A stretch of 63,454 bases of DNA, filler included, from Craspedostauros australis (lineage: Eukaryota), in assembly GCA_030167865.1 (NCBI GenBank). It is 10 parts of 10 records of this genome, joined end to end, with 100 filler letters (N's around TTAATTAATTAA, not from the genome) between each part and the next. Parts side by side here need not be neighbours in the genome. Positions count along the whole stretch, not along the records: positions 1 to 9,112 come from JALAGF010006237.1; positions 9,213 to 19,244 come from JALAGF010006239.1; 8 more parts are not named here. One strand, written 5' to 3'. Shown here one piece after another: positions 1 through 12,200 of the stretch. A program made the translations under genes and the position numbers. The stretch's first letter is position 1. Every line of letters starts with the position of its first letter. Under the pieces are notes generated by a model that searched no databases, was not told the origin of the DNA, and was given only the letters and a program-made list of their open reading frames with translations.

Positions 1-900
1 GACAAAATCGTTGTTGGGTGTCTAATTCGTTGTACTAGTCGAATTTCCGATTTCGTTGCTTTTTGCCTGGTGTCCCAGACAATTTTCGACATGCGCGTGG
101 CCACCAGTCACGACCAGAGTGACCAACAGAGAAGGAACATGGGAACCATTGAAGAATAGGAACCACAGAGTGGTGGGGCACCCTGCATACAATACGATCC
201 ACTGTTGCACTCGCCCAGTTCCAGACACGAACACCGTGTGGCGACCAGAGAAGAAGCACCATGCCATTGGCAATCACGCACGCNNNNNNNNNNNNNNNNN
301 NNNNNNNNNNNNNNNNNNNNNNNNNNNNNNNNNNNNNNNNNNNNNNNNNNNNNNNNNNNNNNNNNNGTGTGTGCTCTATGCGTGCTTCCAACGAACATTC
401 CCCTCGACTCAACAAGCACGAGCCACGGAGGAAAGAGAGCCATGCTACTCTTCCTTGCTCTGGTGGAGTGGGCTTCGCGTTGTGTCCCATTCTTGGTTGG
501 GGAGAAGCGAGTGTCGTGAGCTCTCGCAGCCCGTCAAAACATGACCGGCCAAACTGGCATCGGAATACTCGTACTCCGCAGCATAACTGCAACTTCCTCC
601 CGCGATCGGTTGATGGAACCATCCGCGAAAGGGATCTGGTGGCTAAGAGAAGCTTGAAGTGAGAGGTCGATACGCCTAGTCGCAGACGACGGTGCGGGTG
701 GCTCAGCGAGATGTGTTGACAACGACAGATTGCTCTGCACAACGATGCTTACCGCACAAGCTTTCACCTTCCCAACCCCTCACGATTTCAGTCCGAGGGC
801 AAACAGATTCACAAATCAACCAATTTAACAAGACCAAAGCAACCGCAATACCTGTATCACATCTGCAGCCTACCTGTCCGTATCGACAGCATATCCCAAC

Positions 901-2930
901 ATGAGTATCCCATCACTTCCTTCCAATATCAACCCCGCCATCGCTGTTGATGATATCGAAGCCGCCAACGCCAACGTCATCCCCACTGAGCATGAAATCA
1001 TCCACAAATCCATCCAAAACAAGTCCTTCGTCGAACACATCAAGTTCGTCGTTGAACGCAAGTCCGACACCGTCTTCTCCACTTGGTACAACGAGAAGGG
1101 AAAGGCAATCGATAACTACACCTTCCAGCAGCTCTGGGATGAAGCGGGACACTGTGCCCACCTCCTTCGCAACAAATGGGGCACCAATAAAGGCGACCGC
1201 GTGGTCCTCTGCTACGACTTCGGTCTGCACTTCTTCGCCATGTTCCTGGGATGTCTGCGCGCGGGCGTGACAGCCATGTTGGTCTACCCTCCGGGGCCGC
1301 CGCTCGTCAAGTCGCTCACCAAGATGAACAAGATCATCGAGGATTGCGCTCCGACACTCATCCTCACCCAGGCGACCATCAATCTGCTCCGTGTTACCGA
1401 TCGCGCCAACCCAATATCCAAGACCCGGGCCATGTGGCCGAGCAGGGTGAAGTACAAAGTTACCGATCGTATCATCCGTCACGATCCTTTCGTCACCCAT
1501 AAGAACAAGAGCAACAACAAGAGCAACAATAGCTCCAAGCAGGCAAAGAATGGTATCCTTTCGTGCTTCGTTTCTGGCTGCTCCTCGTCGCCGCCACCTT
1601 CCTTCGATGAACCAAACATCATGGGATCGGACCTGGCGTTCCTCCAGTACACATCCGGGAGTACCGGCAACCCCAAGGGCGTCATGGTGACCCACGAAGC
1701 GCTGCGGGCCAACATCGAGCTCGTACAGAGCTACTGGTTCGCTTCATTCCAAGACCAGCTGGGTGATATGAGCGACATCCCAAAGCACATCGCCACATGC
1801 TCTTGGTTGCCGCAGTACCATGACATGGGCCTCATCGAGATGGGCATTGCGCCATTGGCAGGCGCCTTCCGTTCCCACATGATATCACCGGTCTCGTTCA
1901 TCCGCAACCCGTTGCTCTGGATTGATCTCATGTCCCAGCACAAGTGCCACATCAGTGCCGCTCCCGACTTTGGGTATCGGTTGGTCACCCGCAAGTTCAA
2001 TGAGGCCAGAGGAAAGTATATTCCAAAATTGGACCTCTCCAGCGCACTTCACTTCCAGAATGCCGCAGAGCCAATCCGGCTGGACACGGAGAAAGGGTTC
2101 GCCGACGCATTTGGTCCGTATGGTCTACGCAAGGACTGGTTCCTCGCAGCATACGGACTGGCAGAGAACGTCGTTGGTGTCAGCTACAATCACGGCTCCC
2201 ATCTTTCCACCATCCGCGAAGGCGAAGATCTCCAACCGTTCATCGCCGTCGCGCATCGCAGCAATCTGCACAGCTCAGTCGATATCATCATCGTGGACCC
2301 GGATACCCGAGTGCAACGTCCAGACAACGTCACAGGAGAGATCTGGATCGCCGGGGCCTCTGTGACCGCTGGGTACTACAATCAGCCACAGCTCACCGCC
2401 GAAACCTTCCAAGCTACACTCCAAGGTGATTCATCATCCGATGCCGACGGCAAGATGTACTTGCGGACAGGAGAGTATGGATTCTACCAAGATGACTATC
2501 TCTACATCTGCGGACGCAAGAAGGACATCATCATCGTCAACGGTGTCAACTACTACCCGCAAGATATCGAGCACGCTGTTGAAGGGGCATCATCTGCCGT
2601 CCGTCCAGGATGTGTCGCGGCATTTTCGTCCGATGAAACGGGCAACGACGGACAGCTCGAGATCGTCTTTTAGATCCGGGCCAATCGTGCTGACGATGCA
2701 GCAACAGTCTGTCAGGAGATCAGAAAGGTCGTGATCGAACACATTGGGTTGACGCCAACAACAATCGCAGCTGTGGAAGAACGCACCATCTCCAAAACAA
2801 CAAGCGGCAAGATCCAGAGACGTCAAAATCGCCACCGTCTGCACGATGGAGACCAGAAAGCAATATTCAGCTTCCGCACAAACCCAAATTCAACCGCCTA
2901 AGTTGCACAGGATGGCGATGCCAAGTCGTC
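901..2930 (+). pseudogene. Fatty acyl-AMP ligase (FAAL), truncated paralogue of the gene at 37415-41998; probable pseudogene
   Basis: FAAL motifs AFLQYTSGSTGNPKGV, SWLPQYHDMGLI, YGLAE, GEIWIAG, GRKKD, NYYPQDIE. In-frame TAG at 2671-2673 where the paralogue has Glu (EIVF*IR vs EIVFEIR). The frame continues through KTTSGKIQRR to TAA at 2899-2901 and similarity fades near 2930. RTGE replaces the conserved RTGD. No ACP follows. Confidence 0.8.
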
Positions 2931-3474
2931 CACCGAAACGATATGGTATTCGTACGTAAGAATGGGAGCCCGCGTGCAGAGGGGTTGTGTGATGGAGGAT
3001 GGCATTGATGGGTTGCGTCCCCGATCGGCGGGCTCCTTCAAGTCTATAGTACGCTGGAGATCAATACGCGGAGTGCTCTTCGATACTCGTCCGACTGCGA
3101 GCGACAGTTTTCGGGCTTCCGCAAAGCTCCACGTTGCATCCCTTCTGTCCTCCGACCAATCCTACCACATACCTGCGTACTTGAGCACTTTGACGATTCT
3201 CACCAACAACATCGTGAACCAAGGTGATCTCAAAAGTCGGACTTTCCTGCAACTGTATGGCATCACGTTTGGAAGAGAATCTGTACTCTCCAGAGAGAGA
3301 GAGAGAGCACGAGTACTCGTACGAGTAGCTCGTACATCACCGAAAGCAAGGAGAGTGCAGAGGTTGCTTCATAAAATTCAGTTGGGTTCACAACCAACAT
3401 CAGCTGCCATCAACAGCGCATTGAGTACTCCTCTCGCCATCAGTTCATTCAGTTCATTCGAAGCAACAGCAACC

Positions 3475-4458
3475 ATGCTCTTCCTTCGCCCTCTAATCCG
3501 CGTTGGATTCATCGCATCTTCCCGCAATCGAATACCCGTCACCAGAGGCATCAGCAGGGTCACGCCACAGCCGAACGCTCACCGTTTCCTCGTTCGTACG
3601 AGCCACTGCAACGCGAACAGCAAGAACGGAGATGGTAGTCCTGACGACATCGACACCTCCGTTCCCGAAGTCACCCTGGAAGATCTCGAGACTGCAGCGA
3701 AAGGTGGGGATCTGCGAACTGTCCAACGATGGAAACAGCAGAATCCAACACGCAATGATGCCCGGGCTGAGCACAAGGACGGTGAGATCCTTCTACGCGA
3801 TGCATGCAGCAATGGGCATCTGGATCTTGTCAAATACTTGCTTGATGACTTCATACCGAACGTGGAGGACAATGACAATACGATGTGCAAGGCACTGTGG
3901 TATGCTAGCAACGGAGATCAATTCGACATTGTGAAGTACTTGATCGAATCGCGCGGAGTTGATGTGAACGCTCAAGATGAATGTGGTAAGTCTGCTCTTC
4001 ATTTCGCATGCCGCAGAAATAGCACACGCATCGTGAAGTTCTTGGTAGAATCACATGGTGCGGACATTCGCATTGAAGACCAATACGGTTACCTTCCCAT
4101 TCACAGTGCATCCGGCTTTAAGTCGGAGGATGTCATGAAATACTTGATGGAGTCACACGGCATGGATATTAATGTTCAAAACAAGAACGGTGACACTCTA
4201 CTCCATTTGGCATTCAAGGATCCTGATGGTGCCTGTACCAAGCAGGTAAAGCGTATGATCGAATCATGCGAGCTGGATCTCGGCGTCAAGAACAACGATG
4301 GCAACACTCCATTTGAGTGCCTCCACCAGTGCTTGTATACCTTTGACTACGATCTCGGAGACTTCCGAGATCTAAGCGAAAATTATTACGAGTTTGCCGT
4401 CATCTTCTACAACGAATTGATCAGGCAGAGGGAGAAGGATCAGAAACAGCAAAAATAG
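3475..4458 (+). CDS. Ankyrin-repeat protein with probable mitochondrial transit peptide
   Basis: Repeats LLRDACSNGHLDLVKYLL, ALWYASNGDQFDIVKYLIE, DECGKSALHFAC, DQYGYLPIHSA, NKNGDTLLHLA, NNDGNTPF. ATG 3475 (aaccATG) begins an Arg/Ser-rich, acid-free leader and is preferred over the upstream start at 2962. Confidence 0.85.
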   Translation: MLFLRPLIRVGFIASSRNRIPVTRGISRVTPQPNAHRFLVRTSHCNANSKNGDGSPDDIDTSVPEVTLEDLETAAKGGDLRTVQRWKQQNPTRNDARAEHKDGEILLRDACSNGHLDLVKYLLDDFIPNVEDNDNTMCKALWYASNGDQFDIVKYLIESRGVDVNAQDECGKSALHFACRRNSTRIVKFLVESHGADIRIEDQYGYLPIHSASGFKSEDVMKYLMESHGMDINVQNKNGDTLLHLAFKDPDGACTKQVKRMIESCELDLGVKNNDGNTPFECLHQCLYTFDYDLGDFRDLSENYYEFAVIFYNELIRQREKDQKQQK

Positions 4459-6277
4459 ACCTTGATCCAATACCCCTGTGAAGAAGCTCCCAAACAACCG
4501 AATACGACTACAAGCTTCGACTCAAGCAACCAGGACAACCCCCAAGAATCCAGCGACGAGGTCATGACCGGCGTCACCTTGTTTGGATCCGGCGACGCAC
4601 TGCAAGCGATCAAGGCAAAGAGCGTCGTCATTCATCCAATTCGGTGAGCTGGCCAGCGACGGCGGACGCCTAGAATTCTTGCTGGTGGCAGGACAATTTG
4701 GATGTCCGAAGCTCAAGGTGGCGATTGAAGAAGAGCTTGGAGACAAAGTGGATGGAGTCTGTGTGAACTTAACATAAAGAAGAATTGAATTCTTTTCATG
4801 ACGACTTGTCTGTCCCATCCGCGAATGTCACAAGCGAAGATTCGTGAACGTGAAATCAGGCTTGGCTCTTGCTGTCGGTGCCATGAACAACTTTCGTCCT
4901 CAAGGTGGTTGTGCTTCTCGCTCGTGAACGGAAGGTGGAAATTGCAGCGCACTTGTTATCGTCGATGCGAATATCGATGTCGCCTGCGTGCTTGGTGGCT
5001 GCGCCTTGCGTTTGTCTGGCATCTCCTTGGGTGGAGCATGTATGGTTGTGCTTGAGTTGGTGGTCTTCTATTCCACTGCTGTTGAGTTGAACGCCGACAG
5101 TGCTCAGCTTGGGGTGGTTGAACAGGTCATCACCCGATCCGATCCGATCCCAGTCTCACTCATGAGGAGCAACATCCTATATGCTGAAGAGCACTGGCGT
5201 AGCCTTGTCTGGAAAGGCAAGGCAAGGCCAGATCAAATTCACTCATTTGGGTTTTGATCAAGAGGGAGACCCCTCTGCTTCACAAGAGCAAGGACGGAGC
5301 AACTCCAGACCCAGCAATCGTCAGCAGTGCTGCGGATGATGGGTGGGCCATGGCCAACAGGGTCCATGAATTGCGCACATGGTTTGCAACGCTTTGTGTT
5401 GGTCTCTTGTGTCTCGTGGCTTGAGTGGAGGCCACATTTTTTCGTAACCATTGGTAACAATTGGTAACTAGTCGCATGAGTCAATTTTGACGTAGGCGCT
5501 GGTACATTTTGTACGTCAGTCCCACGCGAACCGGCCCAAAAAGCACCATTTTTGACACAAACCTCCTCGGCAAGTCCATACCGCTCCGTTTGTTTGGGCT
5601 CTCCTTTCGTGAACACTCTCATGTGTGGCTTGTAATCACACACTCCAACTATGGTGGCGATTGGTTTGGTAGTTGTCGATATCTGTTTGTTTCTTCGGAG
5701 CAGGCACTCGTTGATCCCATTCACGAATGCCAATCACTGTGTTGTATCGTGGCGAATTTCTGTGTGCCCCAATACGTGTTAACATGTGGTTGAAATGATT
5801 ACACAACATTAGAGACTTCCTGAAATCCGAATAGTAAAACATACGGACAACTCATAACCCAATACTGCGACATTTGGAGCCGGCCATGCCCAAAAATAGT
5901 TTCGGGAAATGGCCATCTGGGGCTCTTTTTTTCGGGTTGGAGGAAGATCCCGAAATACCTTGTGTCCCGTGAAGTATTTGCCTCCACGCGTAGTCCATAC
6001 ACATCTCAAAGGTCCACCAATCAAATCTGCTCATTTGGAGTGCATCCTGATTCCAACTACTCCTCCTCGTGACGTCATTCTTGTTCCTCCTGTTCTCATC
6101 TCCAACGCACCGATCGGGAGTTGGCGACCTCAGAGTCGGAATTTCCCTTCCCACAGGCATGAGTCGTGATCACACACTCTCCTCTCTGCTCTGCCGATCG
6201 TGTTGTGAACACCATCTTGCTTCTCCCTCCATCACATCCCACAATCCCATCCATTGCGCCATCTCCCTCCTCGCGCC

Positions 6278-7678
6278 ATGAGCACAGGTCGGCCTCCACA
6301 CTCGTACATCGCGTCCTCCGATGAGGACGACAACACAGACGGTGGCAACCTCACCACCATCCCCCACCACTCCAACGCCGCAGCATCGTACCATCGCCAT
6401 GCGATCACTTCGGATCATCCACATGCAAGTGGGAGCAGCAGAGCTGCCGTCTCGCCACGGTCTCCTCGCCCACTCATCATTCGGCAGGGCCCGCTATGGC
6501 AGCCCACACAGGCCGACGTGATGGGGGTTGCTGCCACCAACACCCTGAAGTCTCCACCCTTCGTATCCACCACGCGCTCCTTCCTGGGAACATCATCAGC
6601 AACAATCAACCCTCCTGATGTTGTTGTTGTTGGGGTGGAGACAGCGGCAGAGCGGGCCATGAAGACCCCGTCCAAGCAGCCGAAGGTTGAGGATGGCAAG
6701 CCGCACCTCGCCCGCTCCATCAAACCCAAGACAGCCGGGCGCAAGGCCACGTCCTCATCGAAATGGATACTCAAACCTGAGTATCCATGGTTTCAAAATC
6801 CCAAAACATCCGATGTCATCCTCATCGACCATCTGATGGGGATGGACAGCAAGCCTTGGGAGAAGGACATTGGTGCGAGCTGGATGGAGGTGGCTAGCAA
6901 GCTCGAAGCTGTCCATCCCAGCATGTACAAGCCAACAAAGTCCACATGCAAAAAGACTCGGTACCAATATCGGTTTGAGACACTGATGGCAGAAACTGTG
7001 GAGTTCGAGCGCAGCGCTCCGAAGAGAACGGGAGATGATGGTGAGCCATCCACACCACATCTCCACAAACTCCTCACCCTTCATCAGCACTACAGCAGCT
7101 TCAAGAACACCAAGAAGCAGGCCACAGTTCGGGAAAAGAAAATGAAAGCCGCGGCGGCAGACTTCCGTGCAGCCATGCTTGGAAAGAGGTCCAAGACATC
7201 CCTCACCAGCAACAAACCAAACGCTGCTGACGACGATTCCAAGCCTTCCAACACGAAGAAGGCAAAGCAACTCGACCTGTGGGAAGATACGAAAAAAACT
7301 GCAGACATCGTTCAGCGCCTATTGGAATCGAGGAACAAGCAGTTGGAGACAAGCTGGATGGCAAATGCAAAGAGAGGTAAGTATGATGAATGCTTGTCGC
7401 GCCAACTTGATGACCTGTCACGCCAGCAGCGGCTTGCATCCCAACAACAAGTGGAGCGAGAGCAACGCGAGTTTGATGAAAGGAGGCGCATCTTCAATTT
7501 GCAGCAGCTCGAGTGGGAGCAGAATCGTCGCCGGCACGAACGACAAATGGAGGAAGCTCGCCGACAGGAGCGCGCGCAGACAGAGCAGCAGGCCGCATTG
7601 ACCCACGGCCTCCACTCCATGCTCCATGCGATGACCAAGTTCTTCGAAGACAGAGATTCCGGCAGTGACACAAAATAA
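6278..7678 (+). CDS. Myb/SANT(MADF)-like DNA-binding protein; accessory ORF of a PIF/Harbinger transposon
   Basis: Motif DVILID...PWE...SWMEVASKL...YQYRFETL and a C-terminal Q/E/R coiled coil; convergent with a Harbinger transposase about 290 bp away. Confidence 0.7.
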   Translation: MSTGRPPHSYIASSDEDDNTDGGNLTTIPHHSNAAASYHRHAITSDHPHASGSSRAAVSPRSPRPLIIRQGPLWQPTQADVMGVAATNTLKSPPFVSTTRSFLGTSSATINPPDVVVVGVETAAERAMKTPSKQPKVEDGKPHLARSIKPKTAGRKATSSSKWILKPEYPWFQNPKTSDVILIDHLMGMDSKPWEKDIGASWMEVASKLEAVHPSMYKPTKSTCKKTRYQYRFETLMAETVEFERSAPKRTGDDGEPSTPHLHKLLTLHQHYSSFKNTKKQATVREKKMKAAAADFRAAMLGKRSKTSLTSNKPNAADDDSKPSNTKKAKQLDLWEDTKKTADIVQRLLESRNKQLETSWMANAKRGKYDECLSRQLDDLSRQQRLASQQQVEREQREFDERRRIFNLQQLEWEQNRRRHERQMEEARRQERAQTEQQAALTHGLHSMLHAMTKFFEDRDSGSDTK

Positions 7679-7966
7679 TGTAATCAACAAATAGCACACA
7701 CACATCAACGAATTTGCTGTACAACTCATCTGTGTGCGATTCTCGTAGTAATCCTGCGATAGAGTAGAGCACACACGCGCGAATTCAAAACAGAAACACA
7801 CGGTAACGAGTAATTTTACATACACCCACTGATAGACGCCATCATGCACGTATCCACCACATGCACATGCAACATAAGAATATGAAGAGGTGGCACATCG
7901 GTATAATATAGCATGGCATAGAATAGCAGATGTTTTCCAATAGTCTGATTTCTATTTGTATTATAG

Positions 7967-9112
7967 CTATGGCACGAGGAGGAGGTACTCCTCCATACTC
8001 ATCTTGTTCAAATCGTACCTTGCAGACTGTTGATTACCATACACAGTGCAGTGCAGATTCATGAAGAACGCAGCAGTGTAGTACATATGCGTGAGTGGAC
8101 TGCCGTAGATGCGCATCAGCTTGGTTACATCCAACAAAGGGAAGAGCTTCACGATTTCCTTGAACTGCCACTCGACGCAGATGCGCACCGCAGACATCTC
8201 CCTGTTGACGATAGCTTCAGGTGATCCGCGAACGACATTGCTGAAACCACCGAACACATACACACGGTTGGCATACGCTGGATCCCCGTACAGGCGGTAG
8301 ATTTTGTTTGGGCCATCCAATGGCATCATGTCTTCCATTTGCTCTTCGATTCGGCTCTCCTTCAGCATGAAACCATCATGGCGATTCCCAGCAATGGGTC
8401 CGTAGAAGTGCATCATCAATCCATCCGGAGCCGACACTCCTTGATATTTGATGCCGTGACATCGCTTGTGGCCGGAGTATGCGAACTCCTGATAAATGTG
8501 TGGGCGACACGTTTTTCGCAACGTTCCATCAATGAAGCCGACGACGTTGTCCACGATCCCATCAGTCGCTCTCTCAACATAATCAGCATACATCTCGAAA
8601 CGATGCGCAAATGTCTGCATGTTATCGAAGTAGGGACGGGCGATGTCGTGGAAATGGCCGCAGAAGGTAAGAATCACAGCGGATAATTTAGAATTCCCGA
8701 CTCCGAAGACAACCTCCATGTCACCCAGAGTGCCCCGATGCGCCAGGCGATACAACATGTAGAGCATGCCTGTTTCGAAGGGCACACTGTATCCATATTG
8801 GCAGGTGATGGCCTCGGAGGATGTTGCGCCAGACACTTCCTCGAACTTGGGCCAAAGGCATCCCAGCATGCTTTGGAGGGCACACTTTCGGAAGCGAAAG
8901 TGGGTGATGGCCTGCATCTCCGAAAGATGTTCGATTCGGATTGGCGCTTTCTGGCGATTCGAGGGCGGCACGATTGGTGCGTAGTAGCGCATTTGCATGT
9001 TGAGCAAATGAAGCCCGAGCTCGATGACGAGATCGAAGTTCTCATCCAGGAAAGACTGATCGAACAAGGGTTCGTTGGAGTTGGCCTGGGCATGCTGTAG
9101 TTGCTGCAACTC
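7967..9112 (-). CDS. PIF/Harbinger (HARBI1-like, DDE_Tnp_4) transposase, 5' end cut by scaffold end
   Basis: FRF, GFIDGT, YSGHKRCHGIKYQ, GNRHD, LYGDPAY, NREMSAVRICVEWQF; catalytic D-D-E intact. Confidence 0.92.
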   Translation of the reverse strand, partial: ELQQLQHAQANSNEPLFDQSFLDENFDLVIELGLHLLNMQMRYYAPIVPPSNRQKAPIRIEHLSEMQAITHFRFRKCALQSMLGCLWPKFEEVSGATSSEAITCQYGYSVPFETGMLYMLYRLAHRGTLGDMEVVFGVGNSKLSAVILTFCGHFHDIARPYFDNMQTFAHRFEMYADYVERATDGIVDNVVGFIDGTLRKTCRPHIYQEFAYSGHKRCHGIKYQGVSAPDGLMMHFYGPIAGNRHDGFMLKESRIEEQMEDMMPLDGPNKIYRLYGDPAYANRVYVFGGFSNVVRGSPEAIVNREMSAVRICVEWQFKEIVKLFPLLDVTKLMRIYGSPLTHMYYTAAFFMNLHCTVYGNQQSARYDLNKMSMEEYLLLVP

Positions 9113-9212
9113 NNNNNNNNNNNNNNNNNNNNNNNNNNNNNNNNNNNNNNNNNNNNTTAATTAATTAANNNNNNNNNNNNNNNNNNNNNNNNNNNNNNNN
9201 NNNNNNNNNNNN
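9113..9212. other. Artificial scaffold spacer N44-TTAATTAATTAA-N44 (first of nine)
   Basis: The same all-frame-stop 12-mer within Ns occurs at 9157, 19289, 30606, 35921, 45969, 49783, 56227, 57746 and 61366. Confidence 0.98.
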
Positions 9213-9219
9213 TGACGCG

Positions 9220-12200
9220 ATGTTCACCGACACGGACACCACCGCCAAAGCCATGGCAGACTTCTGCCGTTCCGAACGATGCGGCAAACGCCATCATAAC
9301 CAAGCTTGGTTGAATGCCATCGGGGAGCACAAGAAAGCACTCTCCAACGCATCCGCGACCAGCATCTCATCTGGGTCAGAAGCATCTACCCATAGAACCG
9401 GACGCGACAACGACAGCCACCANGGAGGAACCCCATCTGGGCTCTCCCTCATGCTTGGTGGGAACACACCGCACCGTACTCCACCCGACTTCCCGAACGA
9501 AACCCAACTCTCCAGCATCGCCAAGCAAGGATCACAAAACACGTCACCAGTAATCATCGACAACCGTGGTACCACCCCGCCCAACGGAGGTACAGAACCA
9601 GGCACCGACTACGACCAACACCCTGGTAACGACGATACCGTAGGCGCATCCGACAACCGCGGTCCCACAGGACGCAACCGACTCTTCCCCAACGTAGACC
9701 CCGCAACGATCGGCGATTACAACCGCAACCCAACCGGCACCAAGGTAGTAACCTTCGCCCCCGAAACGACCGCCAGAGGCCTAGGAAACACCAATGCACC
9801 CCGGATGAACTTCCCAGAGAACGACGGGAACCGTCCACCCCACAATCGGAACCCGCACCCCTACCACGGTACTGCGGATACACCAGCCTCACACGGCATG
9901 GGTAACCATCAAGGCAACAACGGGCACGAACCCGTGAACCGAAACCCTGCCGGCAACCCACCCGCGAATCATGGGACAAACCGTCCGCACCGTGACAACC
10001 ATGGACCCCCAATTAACCATGGACACTACGGCGGCAACCCGTATGGGCATCCCCCTACCATGGGAAACCAATTCCCTCATGGCCCACCGCTCCCGATGTA
10101 CCACGGAACCCACTCAGGAGGATTCCCGCCCATTGGAATCCCTATCCCCATGGGCCATTTTCCCCATGGAGCCGGAGGTTTTCCAATGCCACAAGGAGCC
10201 TTCACCCCCGTTGGACACCCTCACCCCGGGTATCCACCACGACCACCCGCGTATGGGTACCGCCCAACCGACCCCAATGGAGGTTTCGGAAGACATGACC
10301 CACGCAACATGGGCCCGAACACCCCACATGGGCAACACGATCCCGGGTATACACCCCATCGTGGACCCACCCGCGGCGAACCACCAGCCGCCCAGACCAA
10401 GCTAACGAAGCGACGCCCCATCCCCGACTCCGTCAAGTTCACGAGTGATGCGGCATCCTTCCAAGTGGTGAAACACCAAATCCATGCCCACCTCCTGGGA
10501 AACGACATGGCGTACCTGATCAANNNNNNNNNNNNNNNNNNNNNNNNNNNNNNNNNNNNNNNNGCGATCAAGGACCACATCGACCCGGTGACAGGTGTGC
10601 CAACAACCACCTCGCCAGAACAGGTCGCGAGCGACGTCAGGACCCTATTCGCGGGACTATACTCCGTATTCGCCGGCGGCCCAGCACATGGACTCGCCAC
10701 CAGAGGACTCCTCACCGAGGACGGTATCCTATTCTGGAATGAACTCCTCAATNNNNNNNNNNNNNNNNNNNNNNNNNNNNNNNNNNNNNNNNNNNNNNNN
10801 NNAGGGTACACGACTTCAACCCCAGCAGACAGGACCTAGGATCCTACGTGAAGGAGATCCAGGATATATTCGCGAACGTGAATTTCCTGGCGACCAATCC
10901 GGATCAACAAGTCTCCGACGCGCAACAACGCCGCACGCTCCTTAACCATCTCATCGGTTGCGACGACATCAACGTTCGCACCATGGTCCGGAGCATCGAG
11001 CGAAGCGCGGACATGCAGTCGATGGGTGCCACCTGCATGTACCTCATCTCCGAGTCCGCCAGGGACAATGCGGTAGCCAACAACCAGCGGGGATCAAGGT
11101 CCGGCAAACGCAGGATCTTCAAGGCAACCGCCGAGGCGAACCAAGATCAAGATGAATCCAACACCGAGATGGTCATCAATGCCATCTCGAAGAAACTACA
11201 GGAGGATCCCACCTTCATCTCGCAGGAAGTATTCGATGGACTACCCGAAAAGGTCCGTCGAGTGATCATGAAACTCCGCAGCTCCCTCCGTTGGGCCCGT
11301 CGCAACAATGACCGGAACGGATCCGGATTCACCCGCGTCGAGAACAAGAAGGAGCAGGAAGACATCCAACCACCTGCCAATGTGAAGCCCCCAGAGAAAG
11401 GGGAGGAAGCCAAGCCACACAAGCAGTATGGAGGTGTCACCCACGCGAACTTGGCCAGATACACTCCAGGATCCACCGAGGGAACCGAACCCCAGGACGA
11501 GAATGGCTCAGATCTGTCCTCAATTGACGCCTCGGAACTTGCCAAGTTCCTAGTCGATTATGGAGGACACGAGGAGAATGGCAACGACCGACTCGTGAAG
11601 ATGATCACGATGAGTGATTCATCCGACGCTCCAAGCCCTATCGATCCACCAGCACCCAATCAACATCAATCAGTTCCCGAACAGATGATCAACCTGGCGA
11701 CCTTCTCCCCGCAAACTTACGCGGTATGCAACGGTGGCGCACAATGCTGCGTTATCGGGAACAAGGACCGGGTCTGGAAGATTGACTACGTGTACCCGCA
11801 TCGGACGTACAACATCGTCGGTGCCGTGGCAAGCACGATGAGGAAGAACAACCTCGCGGTGGTTGACGCAAGCATCAAGGCCAGGACTAGGGAAGGCAAC
11901 GAAGTGATCCTTCGGATCTACGAATCCGCCCTGAACGTTGACAGCCGGGTAACGCTGCTCTCCGACCACCAAATTCGAGCCAGTGGAACCGTCCTCGATA
12001 CGGTTTCATCGGAACACCGGGCATCGTTCTCAACACCAGGCACAGGAAAACAATGCCTGATGCCTGATGTGGACACGACGATCAACTTGGAGATGCGAGA
12101 CGCGCTGATGACATTCGATGTTTTCCCAATCATGGAAGACGACGAAGGCCTACCCACACACGACATCACTCCAAAGCAAGGATGGAACCCTTCGGATCAC

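Larger units (their letters stand above)
6278..9112. mobile_element. PIF/Harbinger DNA transposon with two convergent ORFs; termini not defined
   Basis: A transposase plus Myb-like ORF pair is the established Harbinger organisation. The right end is missing from the scaffold. Confidence 0.8.

Noticed and set aside
2671..2673. Alternative genetic code or programmed readthrough fusing FAAL to the in-frame ankyrin ORF
   Set aside because: Two different stops intervene, other genes use TAG/TAA as normal stops, and the ankyrin gene has its own start and leader.
4583..4777. BTB/BACK-like fragment (LLVAGQFGCPKLKVAIEEEL)
   Set aside because: Too short and lacking a credible start to support.
10753..10848. 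Programmed gag/pol frameshift
   Set aside because: The frame change coincides with an N gap, the pol frame is open from the gap, and the sister element is a single ORF.
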